DNA of 64,000 bases from Patescibacteria group bacterium. GTDB lineage: Bacteria; Patescibacteriota; UBA1384; XYA2-FULL-43-10; 1-14-0-10-43-13. The notes below the pieces were generated by a model. That model was given only the letters and a program-made list of their open reading frames with translations, did no database searches and had not been told where the DNA came from. Each line of letters opens with the position of its first letter. The first letter of the stretch is position 1. Shown in pieces: positions 9,641 through 19,053 of this stretch. The position numbers and the translations under genes are program-made. The stretch covers positions 2,040 through 66,039 of the forward strand of contig JBAYVE010000003.1 in NCBI GenBank assembly GCA_041674765.1, read 5' to 3'.

Positions 9641-10735
9641 ATGATCACTTGGCTTCCGCATCTAGCGCACGAACCGTTCCCTTATGATCCGGAATGCCAT
9701 CTTATGTTTGATCGCCACCGAGCTGAAAGTAATATTTCATACTTGGTCTCAACATTTGGCATGAACGATGAAAGGGTTGCTTATCTCTTGGATATATTTG
9801 CTGACTACTCAGAATCCATGTCTTTTGTTAGAAAAGCTGGTTTAATTCAAGAACAAGCCGAATTGTTGAGCATAGTGGATATGAACTATGCCGGTACGGT
9901 TAGTAACGAAAATGAATTCAATACTCTTATTAAAAGGACTATTGATATTCAAAAACCGACTGTCTTTCTCTCAGACACTCATTCGAGTACTGGATTAGTG
10001 CTTAGTGTTTACGAGAAGAACGTGAGGGGTAATACAAAATTTCGGACAGGGGTTGTATGTGTCGATTCACATGCTGACCTGTACGACCACTCACAACCAC
10101 TTTGGAAGGGTAATGTATTTTCGTCACTGATCCATGCCGGCACCGTTCAAGCGATGGTTATTGTCGGAGTACCTCATTTTCGTCAAATTAGTATCCGAAG
10201 TGAATTGACCAATAGTATGAATCAACGAGTGGTTATGCTTGAGGACTTAAATGACCGAGATGAGGTTAATCAAGCTATTGCTTGGCTGGGTGATCAGAAT
10301 ATCAATCAGGTTTTCTATTCGATCGATCTTGATGGTTTGACCACAAGAAAATTGCAGTTGACTGCAATGGAATATTGTCCTTTTCATATCTTGCTCAATC
10401 TTGCAAAATATGAATTGACAGGGCTAAACAAAGATCAGATCGATGAACATCTTGATGATATCATTCGTCCCCCCAGCCATCAGCAACTTGGACGACGAAA
10501 TTTGTTTCACATTGGTGATAACGGATTAAACACTGGAGAACTAATCAAATTTCTTGAAATTTGTTTTGGTTTCTTCAGTCATAAAGGAATCAATAACGGT
10601 ATTAAGGTCGATCGACATTCGATCGTCGGCGATATCGTTGAGCTTTTTGGCCCGGATGTCGGGTCAAGGACAGCGGTCGAAGTCGCTAAAATTGCGCAAG
10701 CATTATTAGTGAACTCTGCCAAATACTCGAAGTGA
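9641..10735 (+). CDS. Divergent arginase/ureohydrolase-family protein
   Basis: SDTHS (degenerate GGDHS), VDSHADL (DxHxD) and SIDLDGL (SxDxD) Mn-binding motifs; GGAGG RBS. Confidence 0.75.
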   Translation: MITWLPHLAHEPFPYDPECHLMFDRHRAESNISYLVSTFGMNDERVAYLLDIFADYSESMSFVRKAGLIQEQAELLSIVDMNYAGTVSNENEFNTLIKRTIDIQKPTVFLSDTHSSTGLVLSVYEKNVRGNTKFRTGVVCVDSHADLYDHSQPLWKGNVFSSLIHAGTVQAMVIVGVPHFRQISIRSELTNSMNQRVVMLEDLNDRDEVNQAIAWLGDQNINQVFYSIDLDGLTTRKLQLTAMEYCPFHILLNLAKYELTGLNKDQIDEHLDDIIRPPSHQQLGRRNLFHIGDNGLNTGELIKFLEICFGFFSHKGINNGIKVDRHSIVGDIVELFGPDVGSRTAVEVAKIAQALLVNSAKYSK

Positions 10736-10750
10736 AGAAAGGAGCAGCCG

Positions 10751-10825
10751 ATGAAGTCCATCTTCAAAGCCAAAGTCAAATCTTTGGTCGAAAAACCGAT
10801 TGCCTATAACTGTCGCCGGGGCTGA
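10751..10825 (+). CDS. Putative RiPP precursor peptide MKSIFKAKVKSLVEKPIAYNCRRG (24 aa; not in ORF track)
   Basis: AAGGAG RBS upstream of ATG; directly upstream of two rSAM/SPASM genes; followed by a strong hairpin. Confidence 0.8.
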   Translation: MKSIFKAKVKSLVEKPIAYNCRRG

Positions 10826-10859
10826 ACCGCGGTGAACGACTCATGAGAGTCATGGACTA

Positions 10860-10886
10860 GGGGGTGGCGAAAGCCGCCCCCTTCTT
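10860..10886 (+). terminator. GC-rich GAAA-tetraloop hairpin after precursor (partial terminator or stabiliser)
   Basis: GGGGGTGGC-GAAA-GCCGCCCCC followed by TTCTT. Confidence 0.7.
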
Positions 10887-10907
10887 GCTACAAGAGAGGA
10901 GACTGCT

Positions 10908-11975
10908 ATGGGAGAACTGAGTGTGATCGCAATCACCTTCACTAATCGTTGTAATCTCAGCTGCGTACATTGTGGCCGAGAACAGGATTTGTCTCACTGC
11001 ACAGAAAAAGATGCGGCCTTCTTTATCAACATATTGAAAGAAGGACGTACGCTTGGAGCAAATCAGGTCAACATAACCGGTGGCGAAATTTTCTGCCGCC
11101 ATGATTGCTTTGACTTGATCCAAGGTGCAATTGACCTCGGGTACTTCGTAAGTATTGAGTCAAATGGTACATTGATTACACAACCATCAATTGACCGTTT
11201 ATCGTCTTATGGCGACGCCATAAGAGTCTCAATCAGCGTTGATGGTCTGACCGCCGAGACTCACGATGCCATTCGCGGTACCGGAACCTTTGATGTCACT
11301 ATGGCTACTATTCAAGAATTGAAGAAAGCTGATGTGCCTACAAGGATAATCACGGTATTACACCGCCAAAACATCGGACAAATCCCTCAGATGGCCAGAC
11401 ACTTTGTCGATGATATGGGTCTGGGCTTTCGCTTGTTGCCAAATATTATGGAATATGGCAAGGGCGTATATGCCTGCAACACCTACGGCATTGAATTCGA
11501 TGAAGCAATGGCACTATTAGAGGGATTCTACTTCGATTTCCTGCGGGAAAAAGCATCGGACAATGTCACGCTGGAGATAAACGTGGCTTTGGCGCCGATG
11601 GATATCAATCAATTTTGTCTCTGTCCTTGGGGAAAGGCAATGGTTGGTATTGGTCCAACGGGAATTGTAAGCCTTTGTCACGTTTCATATCATGATGAGC
11701 GATTTGTTTTCGGCAATTTGGAAAATACTTCGCTTACGAAGATATGGAATGAAAGTACCATGCTGGATGCGTTCAGAAATCTGGACACCAATACCCTGAA
11801 AGGTGTCTGCGGCAACTGTCTTGCGCGAGAAATTTGCCGTGGTGGCTGCCGACTGCATGCTATTACGAAGTACGGAGATTTTCTCGCTCCCGATCCTTAC
11901 TGCCAGACGGTCTATGATCTCGGGAAATTCCCAGATTATGCCCTGGATAATGATGATAAGGATTGCTCTTTCTGA
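10908..11975 (+). CDS. Radical SAM/SPASM-domain protein
   Basis: CNLSCVHC, TGGE, SPASM CGNCLAREICRGGC; GGAG RBS. Confidence 0.92.
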   Translation: MGELSVIAITFTNRCNLSCVHCGREQDLSHCTEKDAAFFINILKEGRTLGANQVNITGGEIFCRHDCFDLIQGAIDLGYFVSIESNGTLITQPSIDRLSSYGDAIRVSISVDGLTAETHDAIRGTGTFDVTMATIQELKKADVPTRIITVLHRQNIGQIPQMARHFVDDMGLGFRLLPNIMEYGKGVYACNTYGIEFDEAMALLEGFYFDFLREKASDNVTLEINVALAPMDINQFCLCPWGKAMVGIGPTGIVSLCHVSYHDERFVFGNLENTSLTKIWNESTMLDAFRNLDTNTLKGVCGNCLAREICRGGCRLHAITKYGDFLAPDPYCQTVYDLGKFPDYALDNDDKDCSF

Positions 11976-11988
11976 TAGGAGTATCAAG

Positions 11989-13335
11989 ATGTTAAGAATC
12001 TCACGATTCGTGCACTTCCTCCACGGAGGTCAAATTCTGTGGAATGCGCTCACCTTCTCAATGATTAAGAATGCCAATGGTCTCGGGAAAATGATTGACA
12101 TAAACAATCATGACCCAAAGCCCGATTCTTTTTGGCAAGAGATGCTTGGGGGAAAATTACCCCAGATGCTCTCCGGTGGCTTTCTGGTAACAGACCAGCA
12201 GGAAGACAACTTGCTGCAAAAAGCTACTGAGGAAGCATCGTCAAGAAGCATTCAGAATCTCTACTTGATCATGACAAATCGGTGCAATTTGGCCTGTTCC
12301 TACTGCCTTTACGGAACAAAGAACAGCCAAACGTTGGATTTGGAAAATCAAGCGATGTACATGTCAGAGCAAGTGGCCGGAAATGCCATTGAGTGCTTTG
12401 CTGAGATCACCAAGTCGAATCCTCACACTGATGGATACTGGCAGCAAATCACCTTCTATGGCGGCGAACCCCTGTTAAACGTCGACGCTTTAGAAGCATC
12501 TGTTGACGCGGTTCTTCGACTAAAGCGCAATGGATTACTCTGGGATGACACCAATTTGGTTATCAATACCAATGGTGTATTGATTAACGATCAGTCAATT
12601 GACTTGATCAAAAGGGGCAATATCGAAGTACAGATATCAATCGATGGCTTTGCAGACGTCCATGACAAAAATCGTTACATGCTCACCAGAGATGGTTCCA
12701 CTGGCAGTTTCGATTATGTGGTCAATGCGCTGCAAAGGTTGACTTGTGCTGGAATTTCAGTGACCCCGATGATTACTGTAACCGAGGACAATCTCGGCAC
12801 TCTCGATCAATTCGTGGTATGGCTCTGCAAGGAGTTCAGTATCAAATCATATGGGATGAGTATCCTTATGAGTGGAACTGGCAAAACAGCAGAAGATTAC
12901 CCCGAAAGAGCGGCAGAGATGATGTATAAAACGTATCTGGCCGCCTCGGGCTATGGAGCCTACGACTATGCGCTTCAAGACCAACTAGAAGGATTGTTTG
13001 GTCCACGAATCGCCAAGCAGGAGTGCGGTGCCGGTCGGAAATTAACAGTATTTCCGGACGGAATGCTACATACCTGCCAGGCACTTGAAGCAACAGGTCT
13101 GACGTCTGTTGGAAAATTGCCCGTATTCGAACAAGCAGAATCAAACTGGCAGAACTGGAGCCAGCGCTCACGTTTCCAGAATCCAGCTTGTCTGGAATGT
13201 CCTGTCCTGGGTGCTTGCGGAGGTGGCTGTGCGGCAGGATCGTTTCACTCCTCGGGTGATATCAATCAGATTGATCCCAACAAGTGTAATTGGACTAAGT
13301 CTCTTTTTAATCTGCGACTTTCCACTTGCACGTGA
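11989..13335 (+). CDS. Radical SAM/SPASM peptide maturase with N-terminal RRE-like extension
   Basis: CNLACSYC, FYGGEPL, SIDG, CGAG, CLECPVLGACGGGC; AGGAG RBS supports start at 11989 rather than 11803. Confidence 0.9.
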   Translation: MLRISRFVHFLHGGQILWNALTFSMIKNANGLGKMIDINNHDPKPDSFWQEMLGGKLPQMLSGGFLVTDQQEDNLLQKATEEASSRSIQNLYLIMTNRCNLACSYCLYGTKNSQTLDLENQAMYMSEQVAGNAIECFAEITKSNPHTDGYWQQITFYGGEPLLNVDALEASVDAVLRLKRNGLLWDDTNLVINTNGVLINDQSIDLIKRGNIEVQISIDGFADVHDKNRYMLTRDGSTGSFDYVVNALQRLTCAGISVTPMITVTEDNLGTLDQFVVWLCKEFSIKSYGMSILMSGTGKTAEDYPERAAEMMYKTYLAASGYGAYDYALQDQLEGLFGPRIAKQECGAGRKLTVFPDGMLHTCQALEATGLTSVGKLPVFEQAESNWQNWSQRSRFQNPACLECPVLGACGGGCAAGSFHSSGDINQIDPNKCNWTKSLFNLRLSTCT

Positions 13336-13341
13336 CAAACC

Positions 13342-13369
13342 GGCGCCGAGCTTACCACTCGGCGCCTTT
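13342..13369 (+). terminator. Rho-independent terminator closing the rSAM operon
   Basis: GGCGCCGAG-CTTACCA-CTCGGCGCC-TTT. Confidence 0.8.
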
Positions 13370-13402
13370 GCTTTATCAACTGAAAAATAGTACTATTTTT
13401 AT

Positions 13403-14320
13403 ATGAACGATATTTTATTGCCAAAAAAAATTTGTAAGGGTGATACCATCGGAATTATTGCTCCGTCCCGACCTGTTTATAATATTGAAGAAAAAATCAA
13501 AAAAGGCGCTGAAGTCCTTGAGGATATGGGATATAAAGTCGTATTTGGCAGGAATATAAAAAAACAGTTGTATTACTCTGCAGGCACGCCACAAGAAAGA
13601 GCCGATGATCTGAACGAAATGTTCTCCAATCCCAAGATTAGTATGATTTTGTGTGCAACAGGCGGCATTACCTCTAACCAATTACTACCATATATTGATT
13701 TTGATATTATCAAAAATAATCCTAAGCCATTTATAGGGTACAGTGATATTACAACCCTTCTTTTGGCAATTTATAAAAAAACAGGATTAGTAACATTCCA
13801 TGGTCCTGATTTAAGTGATATTGCCGGATTAAATAAAGACGCTCTCCAGTTCCTTTTTAACTTATTGTCTGGAGAAATTAAAAACAAGACCTTATCTCAG
13901 GATATAGAAATAATACAAGAAGGTACGGCCATCGGAAAGTTAATCGGTGGAAATATATACCTAATAAATGGACTTTTAGGAACTCCGTTTTCTCCATCCT
14001 TAGATGGCTCAATATTCTTTTGGGAAGAGACAGGTGTGCCACCAGCAATGGTTCATCAGGAACTTATGCATCTGAAACTTGCCGGAGCATTAGATGATAT
14101 CCGCGGAATAGTGATTGGTCATTTATCTGATTGCATTGATAATAAATACGAGAACGAAAATCGATCAATTAACGAGATAATCATTGAGGTGATAAATAAT
14201 AAAAATATACCCATCATAAAAGTCGACTCTTTTGGTCATGATATAAATGATTTCTATACATTTCCGATAGGACTCAATGCTGAGATCGACACAGTAAAAA
14301 AATATTTTTCATTGAAATAG
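13403..14320 (+). CDS. S66 family LD-carboxypeptidase / MccF-like serine peptidase
   Basis: IGIIAPS, IGYSDIT (catalytic Ser), FWEE, FGH triad residues. Confidence 0.9.
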   Translation: MNDILLPKKICKGDTIGIIAPSRPVYNIEEKIKKGAEVLEDMGYKVVFGRNIKKQLYYSAGTPQERADDLNEMFSNPKISMILCATGGITSNQLLPYIDFDIIKNNPKPFIGYSDITTLLLAIYKKTGLVTFHGPDLSDIAGLNKDALQFLFNLLSGEIKNKTLSQDIEIIQEGTAIGKLIGGNIYLINGLLGTPFSPSLDGSIFFWEETGVPPAMVHQELMHLKLAGALDDIRGIVIGHLSDCIDNKYENENRSINEIIIEVINNKNIPIIKVDSFGHDINDFYTFPIGLNAEIDTVKKYFSLK

Positions 14321-14337
14321 ATGATCTAAAAGTTAAA

Positions 14338-14368
14338 TGCCCACCAGTCAATTGATGACTGATGGGCA
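14338..14368. terminator. Hairpin between convergent S66 and ABC-F genes
   Basis: TGCCCA-C-CAGTCA-ATTGA-TGACTG-A-TGGGCA. Confidence 0.55.
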
Positions 14369-14377
14369 AGTGTAGCA

Positions 14378-15955
14378 CTATCCGCCACATAGGCACCCCC
14401 TGGTGATCGTTAAGACACGATCAATGTTTGTATTACCAGTGAAGTCCTTGTCATGGCTGACAATGATGAGCGCTCCTTGATAGTTAATCAGAGCGTTTTT
14501 TAGAATTTCTCTTGACCGTGGGTCAAGATGGTTGGTCGGTTCATCGAGGAGGAGGCAATTGGCTCCACTTAGCATTATCTTGCATAAAGCCAATCTCGCT
14601 CGCTCGCCTCGACTCAAAGTGCCAACTTTTTGGTTAATCTGATCCTGGAAGAAAAGAAAGTGGGCTAACGCTGAACGGAGATTCTTTTCTTGAACATCCG
14701 AGTTCGCTAATCTTGCTTCCTGCAGAACTGTATTTCCATCATCAAGACCCTCCTGTTCCTGCTGATAGAAACCGATCGTGAGGTTGTGATTCCGCTTCAC
14801 CGTTCCAGAATCGGGCGAAAGCATTCCGGATAATATCCGGAGGAAAGTGGTCTTGCCAGCACCATTATCACCGTGCAATAGCAGACTTTCAGTTGGAGCA
14901 AGCTCCAGAGAGATATCCCTTAGGACAACTCTTGATCCATACGACTTCTTCACATTGCGGGCTTGAAATGCGGCACCGTTCAAAGATCGGGCAATAGGAA
15001 AGCTTATATCAAGTTTTTTCTGCTTTTGTTTTGCAGGCAACTTGGTTTTAAGCTTGGCTACAACCTTCTCTCTGTCATGTTTCATTCCAACTTTGCTCTG
15101 AGGCGCATTACGTATGAAACGTTCTAGTCGTTCGATCTCAGCAGAAATCGAGCCTCTTTCCTTGCCCTGTCTCTCCATCTCAGCCGTCCGCAATGATACG
15201 AACTTTGAGTAGTTGCCAGGGTAAGATTTTAGAACTCGGTCTGCTCCATCGAGATACAGAATTCTGTCGACTACCTGATCCAGCATCGCTGGTAAATGAG
15301 AGACGACAAGAATTGACTGTTGTACACGAGATAGATATTGGCAAAGCCACGAATAAGCGGCTTCGTCAATATGATTCGTTGGTTCGTCCATGACTAGCAA
15401 GTCAGACTGCTCATAGAGCATCCTGGCCAATGCCACCCGTGATTTCTGTCCGCCACTTAATGTCTTGACTAGCTGAAAAGGATCGACATCAGCTAATCCC
15501 ACACCGGAGAGCAATTCAAGGATATCGTTTTCAGATCGATATCCTTCACGCTCTGTATATCTTTCCTGTAGCTTGAAGTAGTCGGTTAGTAAAGAATCGT
15601 CAGGAATGAAGCCAGGAGATTCCATTGCCTTCTCGATCTCTTCGATTCTGGCGACAATCTTACGTAAACCTCTACCATCAAGCATGTAGGACAAGATATC
15701 CAAATTGGCCGAATTGCCATCTACAGATAGAAACTGTGGAATATATGAGTATGGTTTTGGTGAACCATGATTGGTGAACCTTACGGAGCCCTGGTCAGGC
15801 AGCAGTTCCTTGACAATCACCTTTAGAAGCGTTGTCTTACCAGCACCGTTATCACCTACAAGTCCCACCTTTTCGCCATCTCGTATATTCACAGAAACAT
15901 TTTGCAGAATGACTCTTTCTCCGAAAGATACAGAGACCTCTTTGACAATTAGCAC
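14378..15955 (-). CDS. ABC-F family ATPase (ribosome-associated; possible ribosomal protection)
   Basis: Two NBDs (GDNGAGKT twice, LSGGQ/LSRGE, DEPTNH twice), no TM segments; GTG start at 15955 behind AAGGAGG. Confidence 0.9.
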   Translation of the reverse strand: MLIVKEVSVSFGERVILQNVSVNIRDGEKVGLVGDNGAGKTTLLKVIVKELLPDQGSVRFTNHGSPKPYSYIPQFLSVDGNSANLDILSYMLDGRGLRKIVARIEEIEKAMESPGFIPDDSLLTDYFKLQERYTEREGYRSENDILELLSGVGLADVDPFQLVKTLSGGQKSRVALARMLYEQSDLLVMDEPTNHIDEAAYSWLCQYLSRVQQSILVVSHLPAMLDQVVDRILYLDGADRVLKSYPGNYSKFVSLRTAEMERQGKERGSISAEIERLERFIRNAPQSKVGMKHDREKVVAKLKTKLPAKQKQKKLDISFPIARSLNGAAFQARNVKKSYGSRVVLRDISLELAPTESLLLHGDNGAGKTTFLRILSGMLSPDSGTVKRNHNLTIGFYQQEQEGLDDGNTVLQEARLANSDVQEKNLRSALAHFLFFQDQINQKVGTLSRGERARLALCKIMLSGANCLLLDEPTNHLDPRSREILKNALINYQGALIIVSHDKDFTGNTNIDRVLTITRGCLCGG

Positions 15956-16141
15956 CTCATTTACCTCCTTTGATCTGTATGAGAAGCGCAATCAAATAAA
16001 AACAAAAAAATGCAAGTTTGTCAAGGTTTTTGAAGAGAGAAACCGTCTTGACTAGTCGATAAGGATAATTGTGATATACTTATATATGAAATGATCGTTA
16101 AAATAAGTCATAACCAGCAATAGGATTATCGAATTTAAAAA

Positions 16142-16642
16142 ATGGAAACGAATTTTCGTAAACTGACAATCGAGGATCTACCACATCGAATAAAATGGCT
16201 CAATGATCCGGAGATAAATAAGCACCTTGGTACTAGGGTTAGAACTGGCACTGATGAAGAATTTCACAAGAAATGGTTTGAGTGTTATTTTAGTGATGAT
16301 TTCAGAGAGATATTTACAATTGAAGTGGATGGCAAGCCAGTTGGTCAGGTGGGACTGCTTGATATCAACCCACTGGATAAGAATGGCTGTCTATATATTA
16401 TAATCGGTGAAAAAAATTATTGGGGTAAGGGTATCGGATCGCAAGCAATGGAATTCATCCTTAATTATGGATTCGATACGCTAGGGCTTCACAAAATATG
16501 GCTAGAAGTTTATGCCAGTAACTCAGCAGCAATAAAGCTGTATAAAAAGTTTGGTTTTAATAATGAAGGTATATACAAGGATCAAGTTCTCTATCCAGAT
16601 GGATTCGTCGATGAAATAAGAATGGCTAAATTTCAAAATTAA
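16142..16642 (+). CDS. GNAT acetyltransferase (RimJ/RimL-like)
   Basis: YWGKGIG, NSAAIKLYKKFGF. Confidence 0.88.
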   Translation: METNFRKLTIEDLPHRIKWLNDPEINKHLGTRVRTGTDEEFHKKWFECYFSDDFREIFTIEVDGKPVGQVGLLDINPLDKNGCLYIIIGEKNYWGKGIGSQAMEFILNYGFDTLGLHKIWLEVYASNSAAIKLYKKFGFNNEGIYKDQVLYPDGFVDEIRMAKFQN

Positions 16643-16656
16643 CGTCCATGTAAAAA

Positions 16657-17631
16657 ATGAGTCAGGAAAAAATATTAAATAAATTGAAACCAGGAAAACT
16701 ACTCTTAAGTATTGACCTTGATAATACCTTAGTGAATCGGGACAAGGGAGCAAATTTTGTTAAAAAAGAATCGCTCGATTTGCTTAAAAAGATTAAGGAA
16801 CTTTCTGATGTTAAATTACTCATAAATACCGGAAGAGAAAATTATGGATATCGTTCCTTTGCTTCTAGCCTGATTGATCCTAAAAACGCAATCATAGGCT
16901 CAGGAAGCGTAATAATTCATAACGGTGAATATTTTCTAAACGATAAATCATTGATTGATAAAGAACTTGTCGAGAAAATAATCGGATTGGTTAATGAAGG
17001 CAATCTAGAATTTGTTGATATGGCACATTTCTCTGACCGGTCAATTATTTCTAATCCTAGCTTTCGAGATAATGCTTTATACTTAGCTCAAAATCCTGTT
17101 GAGTGGTTTACCCAAGAATCCAGGAATGAAATACTCTTAGGAGGCAGATCATCTACCGATAAAGTATATAGAATCGAATATCCTGTTTATAAAGATAATA
17201 ACAAAGAATTTTTTAATGCTCTGCGGGATAAGCATCAAAACTGCATAAGATTTTTATCAAAAATTATCGGCTTTCCCCTTGATGAAAACAGATACACTTT
17301 AAAACGAAAAGCTCACTTTTGTGATCAATATAAAGGCAAAGTACTATTTGCAAGATTAGAAGTGTCAGAACAGATTGTTAATAAAGGCACCGGATTGCAT
17401 AAATGGTTTGAGATTGAAGGCGATAATAAAATCAACGTTTTACATATCGGAGATAGTGATAAAGGAATAGTTAACGATACGATTATAAAAAAGGAAATAC
17501 CTGAATCACTAATCGTTATGGTTGGTGAAAAGTTCGATAAGAGTAATCCATTTGTTGATGTCTATTTTGAGGGAGATGTAGATGAGGATGTATATCAGAT
17601 TTTGAAATTAGTATATGAAAGATATGCGTAA
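16657..17631 (+). CDS. HAD-superfamily (Cof-like) hydrolase
   Basis: DLDNTL, NTGR, NKG, IGDS motifs. Confidence 0.75.
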   Translation: MSQEKILNKLKPGKLLLSIDLDNTLVNRDKGANFVKKESLDLLKKIKELSDVKLLINTGRENYGYRSFASSLIDPKNAIIGSGSVIIHNGEYFLNDKSLIDKELVEKIIGLVNEGNLEFVDMAHFSDRSIISNPSFRDNALYLAQNPVEWFTQESRNEILLGGRSSTDKVYRIEYPVYKDNNKEFFNALRDKHQNCIRFLSKIIGFPLDENRYTLKRKAHFCDQYKGKVLFARLEVSEQIVNKGTGLHKWFEIEGDNKINVLHIGDSDKGIVNDTIIKKEIPESLIVMVGEKFDKSNPFVDVYFEGDVDEDVYQILKLVYERYA

Positions 17632-17655
17632 TTAATTTTCATATTACTGGAAATA

Positions 17656-17994
17656 TTATTTAACTTTTATCCTTATACCGAGTGCTCCATATTGTTTTTC
17701 CTGCTCGCTGGAATAATATTTTCTAATTGTATTCAATAGTTCCTCTTTGTTGTCTGAGCCAAAGCTGATTGTAGGATGATCGTTTATTAAATCCTCAAAA
17801 GTATTAAATCTTAATAAACCGATTACTGATGTTTCTAAAAGTTTGGTTTTTTCTGGCTCTCTTTGGAAAGTTATTGTATCTCCAAGATCAATTAATTTTC
17901 TTTTCTCATCGAACAATCTGACTTCAATAATCTTGGAGCCCTCTTTTATTTTGTCGAAGGAATCAGAATTAAGTTTCATTAAATGATTTTGCAT
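17656..17994 (-). CDS. ASCH domain protein
   Basis: FDKIKEGSKIIEVRL...GDTITF. Confidence 0.85.
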   Translation of the reverse strand: MQNHLMKLNSDSFDKIKEGSKIIEVRLFDEKRKLIDLGDTITFQREPEKTKLLETSVIGLLRFNTFEDLINDHPTISFGSDNKEELLNTIRKYYSSEQEKQYGALGIRIKVK

Positions 17995-18013
17995 TTTGTT
18001 CCTATGATATATA

Positions 18014-18805
18014 TCAGCGTATGTTGAAGATCTTTTTTGCGTTTACATTAAAAATCATCGCCTTTAATTCATGAGAGATTTTTAAATTATTAATTAGATC
18101 AATATGTTTTTTTGTGTCACACATAGGGTAATCTGTGCCGAATAAAAGGTTATTTGGTTTATCGATGATTGTCTTCTCTAAAATATCTACGACCTTTTCA
18201 ATTCCACCACTTAGCTCAATAACCTCATCATCAGCCATGACTGAAGTATCGAAATAAATATTTTTATAAGGTTTTGTTATCCCATAGCAATACTGCATCT
18301 TTGGCCAGAAATAATGGGCAATAACTATTTTTAAATCAGGGTACTTATTTGCAATTTCTGCGATATATTTAGGATCGTTGTATTCGGCGCATTCAAAATC
18401 GCCAGAATTAATACCGGTATGAATAACTACCGGAACATCATATTTCAGGCAAAGACTATAAATTGCATCACATCTTGGATCGGTGGGATAAAATGGATCA
18501 TGACCGGGAAAAAGCTTAAGGCCAATTATAGTCTTATTTTTTAATAGGTCATCAAAATATTTAACCTCATTTTCTCTTGGATTTAAAACATTAGGTGATC
18601 CGATTATAAAGATATTTTGATCTTTTTCAAATATTTTAATTAAAGTTTCGGTATCAGCACAATTAGTGCAAATGAGATTGTCTGCAATAACAAAAGCCGA
18701 AGAAATTTTATTCTCTGCAAAATTTGCGAGTAATCGCTTCTTGGCATTGTCAAAATTTTCTTCCGACTCTTCTTTTGTTAGATGTAAATGCGAATCAATA
18801 ATCAT
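18014..18805 (-). CDS. Amidohydrolase_2 family protein
   Basis: IDSHLH, GLKLFP, VIHTG, IAH, LFGTDYP. Confidence 0.85.
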   Translation of the reverse strand: MIIDSHLHLTKEESEENFDNAKKRLLANFAENKISSAFVIADNLICTNCADTETLIKIFEKDQNIFIIGSPNVLNPRENEVKYFDDLLKNKTIIGLKLFPGHDPFYPTDPRCDAIYSLCLKYDVPVVIHTGINSGDFECAEYNDPKYIAEIANKYPDLKIVIAHYFWPKMQYCYGITKPYKNIYFDTSVMADDEVIELSGGIEKVVDILEKTIIDKPNNLLFGTDYPMCDTKKHIDLINNLKISHELKAMIFNVNAKKIFNIR

Positions 18806-19053
18806 TGCTGTTAGTTTAACATAGCTCTAATTCATAAAAAAGATTATTCACTAATATAGATACAAAAAGGAATTTATTTTTTCTTCCCCCTGTCTTCTAA
18901 TTTTATAAAAAAATAGGCTTGCTTGCCTCAAGGTCGTTCATCTCGTCGGGTGCTCCACCTTGACCCAATCAATCCTATTTTTTTGAGTTCTAAACTAGAC
19001 AGGCGGGAAGGTCGATTCGCCGCATTTTATTAATTAAGAGAAAGGAAGTTAGT

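Noticed and set aside
11803-11988. N-terminal extension of the 510-aa ORF overlapping the first rSAM gene
   Set aside because: Overlaps the SPASM-coding region in another frame; a clear RBS precedes ATG 11989
13403-16642. Microcin C cluster
   Set aside because: No ThiF/MccB adenylyltransferase and the precursor does not end in Asn
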